In this document: positions 10,384 through 20,204 of the stretch, piece by piece
How the letters are laid out: each line of letters opens with the position of its first letter
Numbering within the stretch: the stretch's first letter is position 1
Program-made: the position numbers and the translations under genes
Assembly: GCA_000934665.2 (NCBI GenBank)
Contig: JYFJ02002339.1
Span: 1-58,928, forward strand
Origin: Catajapyx aquilonaris
Taxonomy: Eukaryota
DNA: 58,928 bases
Reading direction: 5' to 3'
Notes under the pieces: generated by a model
Told to the model about the DNA's origin: nothing
The model's input: the letters and a program-made list of their open reading frames with translations, nothing else
Database searches by the model: none

Positions 10384-10702
10384 CCTTCCTTATAATATTT
10401 TTGATAACACTTGAAATGTGTCCACCCATCGCGTTCTTGTCAATCGCCAAGTGCAGTTCTGTAGTGTAGGTGAGAATCTATTAAAAGGCGGCAAATAGTG
10501 ATAAAAGCAACCCACTTTCCAGGATTGTTGCTTAGATCAAAATAAACAATTTGGCCGTGGCGCCATCTTTTTCGTCACTTAGGACGCAATAAGGCGGTCG
10601 ATTTTCAAAACATGTAAAAAATTCTGCAAAAAAGCTCTGACATTATAAAGATAGACAGGTATGTGTGCGGGTGTGTGGCTATCCGACCGAATTCCGTTCG
10701 GC

Positions 10703-10863
10703 GTCACGTGAATGGGTGTGTTCGCAACTTCCACTCCATCTAGCGGTAGTAGTTACGTGAGTGGGTGAGTTCGTAACTTTCACACCATCGTTAGGGGTGA
10801 TTTCGCCACACCATCATCGGGAGGTAGTCATGTTAGTGGGTGTGTTGGCAACCTCTACGCATC
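10703..10863. repeat. Three imperfect ~49-bp repeats (GTCACGTGAATGGGTGTGTTCGCAACTT...), probably TE-internal
   Basis: Copies start at ~10703, ~10752 and ~10827. Confidence 0.6.
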
Positions 10864-10911
10864 TACACGGATATTTCAAGGCTTTCACTCTAACGTACAG
10901 GATATAGCCTG

Positions 10912-11794
10912 CAGGGGTTAGACAAAATAATAGGCCCCCCTGCAAAAAGCGGGTGAATTTTCTTCTCCATTGTACTCGAAAAGTGGAAATGATACGGAGA
11001 TGAAATTTAGTGATTTTTGAAGCTCTGTCGATGTAAATTTATAGACGCATGCAGATGACACGAAAATCACAAGAGGAGGGGGAGAAACAAAACACTAACG
11101 CTACCCCCCAGACCCCATTTTTGACCAGAGTGCCCCACCCTTTTCATTTGGAAATGAAAATAGTTACAGATATTAACTTTACTGCATTATGAAGCTATAT
11201 CGATGTCACTTTGTTTGGTATAGAGATTGCATTACCCACAGGGGGCGTAGCAAAAAAATAGAAACGGCGCCTCCCTTCCCTGGCACTGCCTAATAACTGA
11301 CAATTTTCGACCCACTGCTAGTTAATGCTAAATTAGCAGTACCAGTGCCAAATATGGCACTGATAAGTTAGTAGTAACTAGCAGTGGGACGAAAATTCGA
11401 CCCAAACTAACTATACACTATTTTGTCCAACCTCTTCTCAGATTTAGTGGCGGGGAAGGGGGGAGGGTGTCGTTTCTATTATTTCTCCGCCCGCTATTGG
11501 TAATTTTGGTCAATCTGTATACCAAACAAAGTGACATCGAGAGAGATTCAAAATCCAGTAAAGTTCATATCTGTAACTATTTTCATTTCCAATTTAAAAG
11601 GGTGGGACACTCATCTGGTCAAAAATGCTGGGGTCCGGGGGGGGGGNGGGGGGGGAGGGTAGCGTTGGTCTTTTGTTTCTCCCCCTCCCCTTGTGATTTT
11701 TGTGTCATCTTCATGTCTGTAAATGTACATCGACAGAGATTCAAAAATCAGTAAAGGTCATCTCTGTAACATTTCCAGTTTTCGAGTACAATGG
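10912..11794. mobile_element. Tc1/mariner-like non-autonomous element plus inverted partial copy, forming a long inverted repeat
   Basis: CAGGGGTTAGACAAAATA at 10912 pairs with TATTTTGTCCAACCTCT at ~11419-11435. 10967-11280 is an imperfect reverse complement of 11453-11794. An inner hairpin spans ~11302-11397. Confidence 0.7.
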
Positions 11795-12259
11795 TCACCA
11801 CCAAGTAGCCTAAGTGTCCAGACTTTAGGATCACCATGCATGTGTCCAGACTTCAATTGATAATAAACAATCGATTCTCTCCCCCTAATTGGTATATTTT
11901 CCGACTAATTTGAGCACCATGGTAAATAACACGACTACCATTTTGGAAGATGGACTTAAGTCCGCTTCAGTGGAAATCTTAAATGCACGTCATGTGCATT
12001 TATATCCGATTACTCTGGGATTGTTAGGCTAAATGTGACATCAGCAAAAGTTGTTTGAAGGAATTTAATCTTCAATTTAATTTAATTATCATTATAATAA
12101 ACACAAACGCATGCTGGCTTTACTTTCATCATGCCTGCACAGTAGGGCGGCTCTAAAAACTTTTTTTTTTCGAAAGTTGTAGTTCGCTAGTGAAAAAAAG
12201 TTGGGTTGGGCGATCCTTTTGACAGGTAAAAAAAATCTGAGTCATGTGGGTTAATATCC

Positions 12260-12710
12260 TGCGGCTCCGCCAGGGGTACGAGGTGGCTTCCCTAGGGGTG
12301 CGAGCAAGATGCACCTCTGGACTTAATCTGACCAAGAGCTAATAACTGGTCTAACTATGAACGTGCAATCACCCCTGGTATATAGGGGGTGCGACAAGGA
12401 CCAATAGCCTACACATACTGTCTACAAATGGGTGCGGAGGCCCGAAAAGGTTAAGAACCTCTGCTTTAGGTTCCTGGGCTTGGCTCAATTTTGAAATTTT
12501 CGTGGGTTGACAAATCATTGCATAACACCGTCCATGCACACCATTCATGAGTTAACTTTTCGGTCATTTGTGGCTGAAGTATGGAGATTTCGCCACCTTG
12601 ATTTTAACTGAATGAAGTACCAGTACTATCCTTTGGGTGTATGTTCCTGGGCATAACTCATTTTTGACATTATTTTTTGTGGGTTGACCCATTATTGTAT
12701 AACACTGCCC
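12260..12710. mobile_element. TE fragments: hAT-like end and a two-copy direct repeat
   Basis: AAAAGGTTAAGAACCTCTG at ~12445-12463 resembles hAT-type MITE termini. Imperfect direct repeats GTTCCTGGGC...GTGGGTTGAC...ATAACAC at ~12470 and ~12643. Confidence 0.35.
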
Positions 12711-13048
12711 AATTATCCCTCCGCTTTCAATCACTTCTGTGTACGTTGACTGACACCAAGTTCAACATATGTAGTGTAGAGTACCAGACATTACACACGG
12801 GTTTGCTGCTATAAATTAAGTACTTAATAACATGTTTTCATAATCTATGTATGTAAGGCAAAGTTTCTTTGGTTTTTTTGTTTGCCCATGGCAACAGCAT
12901 TTTGTTGGTGATTACCATGAAAACAGGCCGTGCGAAGAACGGGCTCCTCTACTAATACTTCACAGTATAATAATGCAAGAAGTGCACTCCAATGTAAATT
13001 CTTCTGTGCAGCACAACTATATAGGTGCATTTTGTGCTATTTGTCAAA

Positions 13049-14980
13049 CTAATTAGGTCCATATGTGCGAAAACCGACAACTTCAGCAATGAAAATAAGT
13101 AGGCTAAGTCCTAAGAAAATGCACACCAGTGCAAGCGAGCCTTTCATCTGCTCTACACTCAGAGCCATTGAAAACTCGTACAGAATGTCATTCTTTCTGG
13201 CGTCCTTCAGTCCCATCCTTAAAAACGAGTTGACAAAGTCGTTCGAATACTTGTTGTAAATCCCCGCCTGGTTGATGTACATTTGAAGCCGACCAGCCAA
13301 CGGACTCAGGAGGGAATACTTGGGAAAAGCTACTCCGGTCAGCATAGTCAACGAGCTGTCATCCACTATTTGCACAGGAATCTTCCCTTCTTTATCCATA
13401 GCCTGGTAAGCCATGGCTATCAGCAATTCTGGGATCGCAATGCAACTAAAATCCTCCTGGATCGATTTGGTCAAACAGGTTTTCATATCTCCGCCATTCT
13501 GAAGCTTCGGTCTGATGTCATGATGGTAGTCGACTTCTGATTCGGATATGAACAGCTCCATGTACGGTTTGAGCCAGTCCAACGAGCCCCACTGCCAGTC
13601 GGGCCAGTACACCATTTCCCTCAGGTTGTTCGGGAGTGACTCCATCTCAGGAGAGACCAGAAACCCGAAGAATTTGGCCTCGTATCCGCAAACTATGAGA
13701 TCACTGAAGAGCCACCAAAACGCGATTAGAATCCTGAGAGACGACGGACGCGGAATTGTGTTTGGATTTTCCTCAATCAGTGCAGAGAAAATGTACCGTA
13801 GTGAATACAAAGCCAGAGATCGAGGTGGTTGTCTGTCGAAAGGTTTTGCGACTGACATCTTCAGGAGGAGGAGGAACACGATGCTGGTCACTGCAGCTGT
13901 CGTCAGAACGAGTCCCCACATGTCAGGGGTGAAAGGAAACGCGATGGAAAACCAGGAGAAGAGACGTCGAGGCACGCGTCGGAAGAAGGTGACAGACGTG
14001 GTGTAAAAGTTGAATGGAATGTCCAGCACACTGACCACATCTGCAGTGGCTAGTGCAGAAGCGTAGTGGACCTCTCTGAGCACCAGTTGTCCAGCCATGC
14101 CTGTCCAGTTTCCGTCTGGAAGCTGGGTTTCCGAGCTGCCACCTGGCACTTCAGGAGATGCGTCGACGTGCCAATCGAACTTCATCGCTTCTGCAACAGT
14201 ACCTAAAGTCCTGAGGTACGGAAACACAGGCAGGTCATTCTCCAGCATGAACTTCAATTCGTCAGGCGACCCTCCAATGGGATAAGACCCGTTCAAATGG
14301 GCCTGATGACCATCGCGAAAGTCCGGAAACAGGTCCAAACCACTGGGACTTATTCCGGTCTTCAAGTCGTACCGACCACTTGAAACAACCTTGTGTCGAC
14401 CGTCGTCGCAAAAGTGACAGTTGCTGGCAATGGAGACAGAGTCCGACTCGTACAGCAGGCCCATTTGATGCAGGAAGTTGTAATCGTTTCTCAGCATGTC
14501 TGATCTGACGTCTGAATCGGGGCTGAAGTACACGAACAAGTCCTTTCTGGGATCAACCCTGACTACTCTGGCCACGTGCTTGATCAACGATTCGAAGTTG
14601 CCTTTGTGGTACATCAACACTACGACAGCGCAGTTGCTCAGATGAATCGCGGTCTTTCGTTCCAACCATGAGAAGAAGTATTCAAAATTTCCAGGTCCGG
14701 TGTTGGGTTGGGGAGCAGGTGTGGAGTCGGTCAACTGGATAGAAGTCACTGCACCCCAGATGCTGCCCACTTGTTTAAGCAACCTCGAAGCTGACGGCAA
14801 TGTCTTGTAGTCATGTCCAAGCACGAGCAGGCAACCACTTTTGGTCTGATATACTTCTTGGAGCAAAGAAGACACCAGAGTCTCCTGAGTGTACGTGTTC
14901 GTTTGCAAGACAATGTCAGCCACATTCTGAGGGAAGTTACACAGCGTCGCAATTGCAACAATGACCATTGGAGCGTACAT
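13049..14980 (-). CDS. Divergent chemosensory ionotropic receptor (IR), intronless, paralog B (643 aa)
   Basis: Same motifs as paralog A and >90% identical to it by eye. Homology extends ~380 bp upstream (10049-10460 vs 14981-15360) and weakly downstream. Confidence 0.92.
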   Translation of the reverse strand: MYAPMVIVAIATLCNFPQNVADIVLQTNTYTQETLVSSLLQEVYQTKSGCLLVLGHDYKTLPSASRLLKQVGSIWGAVTSIQLTDSTPAPQPNTGPGNFEYFFSWLERKTAIHLSNCAVVVLMYHKGNFESLIKHVARVVRVDPRKDLFVYFSPDSDVRSDMLRNDYNFLHQMGLLYESDSVSIASNCHFCDDGRHKVVSSGRYDLKTGISPSGLDLFPDFRDGHQAHLNGSYPIGGSPDELKFMLENDLPVFPYLRTLGTVAEAMKFDWHVDASPEVPGGSSETQLPDGNWTGMAGQLVLREVHYASALATADVVSVLDIPFNFYTTSVTFFRRVPRRLFSWFSIAFPFTPDMWGLVLTTAAVTSIVFLLLLKMSVAKPFDRQPPRSLALYSLRYIFSALIEENPNTIPRPSSLRILIAFWWLFSDLIVCGYEAKFFGFLVSPEMESLPNNLREMVYWPDWQWGSLDWLKPYMELFISESEVDYHHDIRPKLQNGGDMKTCLTKSIQEDFSCIAIPELLIAMAYQAMDKEGKIPVQIVDDSSLTMLTGVAFPKYSLLSPLAGRLQMYINQAGIYNKYSNDFVNSFLRMGLKDARKNDILYEFSMALSVEQMKGSLALVCIFLGLSLLIFIAEVVGFRTYGPN

Positions 14981-15772
14981 ATTTGAGCCGTCTGTAGGTT
15001 ACTCCTTACTGCACTGAAGCGACTAGGCATATGACACCCACGGGAGGTGAAGGTCACCTATACAAACATGTCTCGAAGGTTCAATCAACAACGACCTGCG
15101 CAATATCAGTCACAATTGATGCAAAATAACAACGTAGTGTACACATTCTAAGTTCTGCGTATCTGCTTGTGCTGGTCAGTTCAGTATGAGATATGTATTT
15201 GAATATCAGATTTGATGCATAATTTACCGGCACCTTCCTTGTTGACAAAAGCCACCCAGTATCTCTCAGTGAAGCCTAATATTTTTTGATAGCACTTGAT
15301 ATGTGTCCGCCCGTCACTGTTCTTAATAAAAAGAGATGTCAATCGGCCAAGAGCAGTTCTAGGTCATGGTCCATTATCTAAAGATAAGAACTCTGAAAAT
15401 AATTTAACCCACCAATATCAACTGAAATGTTAAGTTGCACAGGTTCATGACATGCAGGAAATTCAAGGACACTATTTTTTCCATTCAAAATGTCAACAGT
15501 GGAAAAAAAATTATATTTAAATGTACATCACTAAATGGGTTATAGCGTCATTGGGATTTCTTATGAATTGGATGCGATACACCGGAAATGTCCTGATGTT
15601 ATCAGCCCGGGTTTTGCCTTCAGGGTACTGAGTTCGAGTCTGGTACAGTACTGATAAGACTTATCTTTCCATGCGATAATTGAGTTAGGTTACACTGGTG
15701 TGCTTGTCAACATCCTTTTGGAAATGATATTATCTCACAGGTATCAAGATAATTAATACACAACAGAGTGAC

Positions 15773-15779
15773 TATAAAA
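15773..15779 (+). promoter_or_regulatory. TATA box of the secreted-protein gene
   Basis: TATAAAA 56 bp upstream of the ATG at 15829. Confidence 0.6.
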
Positions 15780-15828
15780 TATCTCAAGCAAACTACGATA
15801 GCAGATTGTGTCCAACACTATTCACATC

Positions 15829-17401
15829 ATGAGGTCCTCTTTGTCACTTCTGTTTGTCTTCCTTGCTATTGGTATAGTTATCTTTTATGCTACTAATGAC
15901 TCTGTAATTATTTAAATATGATTTGCAGCATCCATCCAGGCTGTGGACGATGCCTTCCTCCAAAAGCATGCCCACAGGCTTGTCTCGACTCCAATACAGG
16001 AAATAGGAGACAATTGCGAACTTGGAGAACATGCAGGCGAGTATTATTATCATCATCTAGTTTCTAGTAAAATGTATCAGTCGGTAAAATTGAATTATTT
16101 GACAGATTTGGCCCACATCATTGGCTTATGCACACACAACTTGGATGGGACAGCCAACAATGGTGACGCTTCCGTTTGCATGGGCAACAGCTGGAAGGAC
16201 AAGAAAAAGACACCTCTGATGTTGATGACTGTACTCAAGCAGGTATGTGTAATGTGTAATGTTCTCAGCAGCTGCAGTCAAGTTGTCTCCTGCAAATAGT
16301 CATATATCACAATAATTAGTCTATCATAATTATGAGCAGGTCAGACATAATTGTCTGTTGCAGGGTGTGAAATCAGTTCATAATCTCAACATTGACGTGG
16401 GCATCTATGATGACGCTGTATTCAAGGGTGATGTCCAAAAGTCACTGCGGTGGACCTCGACTGGAAACATTATTTTCAGTGACCGCTTGATTCCTTATAT
16501 CAGTAGTGGTGGAATCAGCCATGAAGGGAATACCATCACTCTGGAGGAAGAAGCCAGTATTTATTGGCACAATGTGACAGCCACAGCAGTGGTATATGTC
16601 ACAGTAAATGTTGACCAGTCACCCATAAGAGCTAATTTGCATTACAATGCCAGTGTTGTCATATTTGACCAAGATGCTGGAGTCAGTGGAGATGTGCTTA
16701 TCAGCATCTCACATGACTTCCACAAGACTGGAGGTGATCTGAAGGTCAAGGCCAGGTACACCATTGCCAGTACACAGAATTCTTACATCTCGGATAGTAC
16801 CCAAAACGCACCCTCCGTCACCAGCAATTCTGAAGTCCTGGCTGGTGACATGGACCTGGTAATTTCTAATCACACATCAAGTATCGAAGTAAGTCTGCAA
16901 GATGTTGCTAACTTTGATGATAACATGTAATGATGTATTTTTAATTAGTTATTTCAGGTCATTGCTAAAGATGGTTTCAGCGGGGCACGACTGACTTACA
17001 AGGATGGTCAGCCCAGCAGTTGGAAGGACTACAGTGTGGAATCCAGTCAGAATGCAAGTATGAAGTGGAATGAATATGTGTTCATGATGGAGAATCACGG
17101 TAGTCTGACAGCCGTAAGTCAATCAGGTGACTTGGGCAAGGAGAACCAGGTGATTGTGAACGAGGTGTCTGGTTCTCTGAATGGTCGTGTGGATATTCTG
17201 GAGCTTGCGGAAAATTCGTACGATGCTGAGGAGTATTTCAAGGTCAGCCTTGAGGTCAAATCCACTCCTGTTAAAGGAAATCCTGTCTCGTACACTGTAA
17301 GTGAAGTGATCAATGCTCAGTCCTTGGTGACAGTTGTAGATGACAATACTTTCAAAACGCACACATCGAACTTAATGAGCTTCAACATTGACAGAAATTA
17401 G
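15829..17401 (+). CDS. Uncharacterised secreted protein, ~418-426 aa (exons 15829-15871, 15929-16036, 16106-16242, 16340 or 16364-16888, 16958-17401)
   Basis: Signal peptide MRSSLSLLFVFLAIASIQA. Exon phases are compatible (1,1,0,0) and join three ORF-track fragments into one frame; intron 2 is GC-AG. Several N-X-S/T sequons (NVT, NAS, NHT, NAS) and an alternating hydrophobic beta-strand pattern. No family recognised. Confidence 0.8.
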
Positions 17402-17880
17402 GCAGATATGAATTAATCCAATGCAATTATAAGTGTAATTCTAATGAATAATGCAATAGTAATGATGTACCTCACAAATAATGATCTCCTCTAATGATTT
17501 TAAATAACAACATACAGCAACACTTTCCCCTCATTTTATGGTGCCGTGTTTCAGCAATCAGCTTGTTTAGAACTAATAAGTAATGAAGCTTTTACATGTG
17601 TTGTCACTGAGCAAAGCAAAGTTTTGAATTCACATTACAGAAGCTCATCCCTGATCAATACACGAGTGAGACATTTCAACTGTGTGTCATACTGAATTTA
17701 CTCTGTCGATGCAGTAAAAATATTTTGGCAGGCAATTCCAATTTCATCACCATGAAATGAAAAATTGTCAGTTCCTCAACATATGGATGTAATACGTTTT
17801 GAAATATATTGGCCTCTTAAGTTGATCTCAAAGAAAGCTGCATGTGTAAAAAAAACATTTTATTAGCCTTATCCCACACA

Positions 17881-19652
17881 TCATGACTTGGAATGCCGCT
17901 TCCAAAACCGCTTGACCTCGTCATGTCCGCTCTTGGTGACCACCATCATTCTCTTTTGGTCCTTCTGCCACACGAGCACGCCAAGATCCTGAGCGTAATT
18001 CCTCAGCGTCTCAAAGTCAGTTTGGGACAGAAAATGGTTGTAAAGCACCCCTTCAGTGAATGTGAATCGATCGCGCTCCATCTCCCACAATCGGATCTGG
18101 TCCACTATGGTCTCGGGCAATACTGACTTGGTTCCTTTCTCCTCCTTAGACCTAACCATTTGAGGATGTGCATGCATCCGCAAAAAACTGATCATCTGAT
18201 CTGCTGTGATCCCACTCCTTAGAGCCTGCCTAACCGATTCCCGTGATATGATCGCCACACACAAGTTAGGGAAGCGGTACAACATTTGGCAGAAGAGTCC
18301 AATCAGAGCCACTTGCAGGCTTGAATTGGTGTAGGCGTACACGCGGTAGTTGGTCTCCACAACTATGTATCCAGGCTGGTGGACAGATATTTCCTGGTCG
18401 CGCTGGGCCGACGCAATGTTCAAGGCGAGGCGAGTCGGATAGAAGCGGCCTACTTTGCGCTTGCGTTGAAAGACCAGGCCAAACTCCCGCAAGTGCTGCA
18501 GGAACACCAGCAATCCTTCACTCATTCCATCTGTACTGTAGTCCTGAAAATAATATTGATTTAACGGTGGCCATTGCTAATGAGGATGACTCCATTGGTT
18601 CAGTGTTACCTTTCCAAGTTTGGAGAAGCTCAGTTGGAAGAGGAAGGAGAGACACTCGACCATATCCAACTTGCGCTCCTCAACAGTGTCTAAGTACTGC
18701 AGTATGAAATACCACACTTGCGATGCAGTGTCCATCAGCAGGAACTGAAAACCTTCCTTGGTTATCACCGGACTTCCATCCTCCTCATCACTATAATAGA
18801 TGGATAAGAAATGTTAGCGCTTTACTCTCTTAACATTTGAAAATATCCTGTACCTTTTCATCAGGCCGGAGTGAAGAAGTATTCTCACTGCATCTGCCGA
18901 GATTCCGTCAGGCTGCTGCGCTCCTACCATGTAATGAAGTACACATTCCCATCGCTCCAACGCGTATGTATCCAGGTACGGTATGTCGCGTCCTTTTGGA
19001 TCAGGCTCCAAATAAGATGTCATAGTCCATGGGTCACCTCTGACGAAAGGCGTAAAAATTATAAACCACATTAACGATCAGACCGCCATAATTCATACCC
19101 TCCAAACATAGCAATGCGCAGGTTCTTCTTAAAGTTCTCGTTCAGCTCCCATCCAGGCAGGCCCCGAACCATAGTCTCACGCCAGACGCGCAGATCACTC
19201 AAAGTCGTGCACGACTCATCCATATCTCTGAAAAAATATTGGTAATTACATCTGCAAAACATGTCCCCAGCGCAATACCTACTCTTTGTACACCTGCGAG
19301 ACCCATTTGGAAATTCCACCCTGGAACAAGGCCTGGTCCATGAACAGAATGCGCAGAACCAAGTGACGAGCCAGCTCTGGCAGCTCCCTGTGAATAGTTA
19401 TATTATGTCAGATTGTCATAATTAATAATTAATATAATCATAATGCTCTCCATTTCATGCAATCACGTCACAAACATTTCCTTTTTTTTCTCTAATTTTT
19501 CTGGTTGGACTGTACCTGATGACTGCTAAACATGTTGCAGGATGGTTGTAGAGTCTGTCCAGCACGTCAGGGTCGAGTGTACGCAAATAATCGTGCAGAT
19601 TTTTGCACGAAAGTGTCTTGCTCGCCACAGATCCCGACATGACCTGCGCCAT
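17881..19652 (-). CDS. GTF2H4: General transcription factor IIH subunit 4 (p52/Tfb2; Drosophila marionette), 466 aa; exons 19652-19516, 19387-19283, 19227-19099, 19039-18854, 18790-18610, 18543-17881
   Basis: Recognisable motifs [82 protein letters not shown] and FTEGVLY. All introns are GT-AG with consistent phases, total 1401 nt. AATAAA on minus at 17859-17864. Confidence 0.97.
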
Positions 19653-19730
19653 CTTGGAAAATCAAGCTATTGGGATCGTCTAATCGATACGGACATTGAG
19701 TGATACTATCACACACAAGATGGCTGCCGT
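19648..19730. promoter_or_regulatory. Housekeeping-type promoter motifs of GTF2H4
   Basis: DRE-like TATCGAT on minus at ~19683-19689. YY1-like AAGATGGC on both strands: overlapping the GTF2H4 ATG, and at 19717-19724 on plus. Confidence 0.4.
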
Positions 19731-20137
19731 TTGAAAATTTCGCGCGCTAATTTTCTCGCTAGTGGATTTTTTTCTTGATTTACGACTATATAGGCTGATA
19801 AAAAAAAGTATGAGGACGGCGGGTGTCCAGGGCGGCGACAAGGTTGTGCTATGCTGCCTAAATTATGCATCATGGCAGCAGCGGGGACTCATCAAGAATT
19901 ATTAGGCTCCTGATGGCTTATCATGATTAAGCAGGTAACATGCGAGGTTAAAACAAACAAAAAAATTGTGACAACGCTGCTGACATCATGCTTGTCTTGT
20001 TTGATACATGATCAGTGTAAATAATACAAGTCATGCGGAACGATTGTGTAGGCTACCACTACCATAAGATCTATCCAGTTGATAATAATGTAAGTGAACG
20101 AGCTTAGAAATAGGACAATACTGTGTATTATTGTTTG

Positions 20138-20204
20138 GTACAATGCTGGACATGTTAGCATTGGCGACGCTATTTAGCGACTGCTAATATGTCCAGCACT
20201 GTAC
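20138..20204. mobile_element. Tiny hairpin/MITE with Tc1-mariner-like TACAGTG ends
   Basis: GTACAATGCTGGACATGTTAGCA vs the reverse complement of the right arm GTACAGTGCTGGACATATTAGCA (2 mismatches in 23). Confidence 0.6.

Noticed and set aside
11635..11660. Single N bases in or near G/C runs (also ~25206, ~30279, ~37072)
   Set aside because: Assembly joins at homopolymers, not biology; run lengths there are unreliable.
8121..14285. Plus-strand ORFs (e.g. 8604-9116, 13548-14006) conserved in both IR copies
   Set aside because: Antisense shadows of the IR coding sequence; the duplication explains their conservation.
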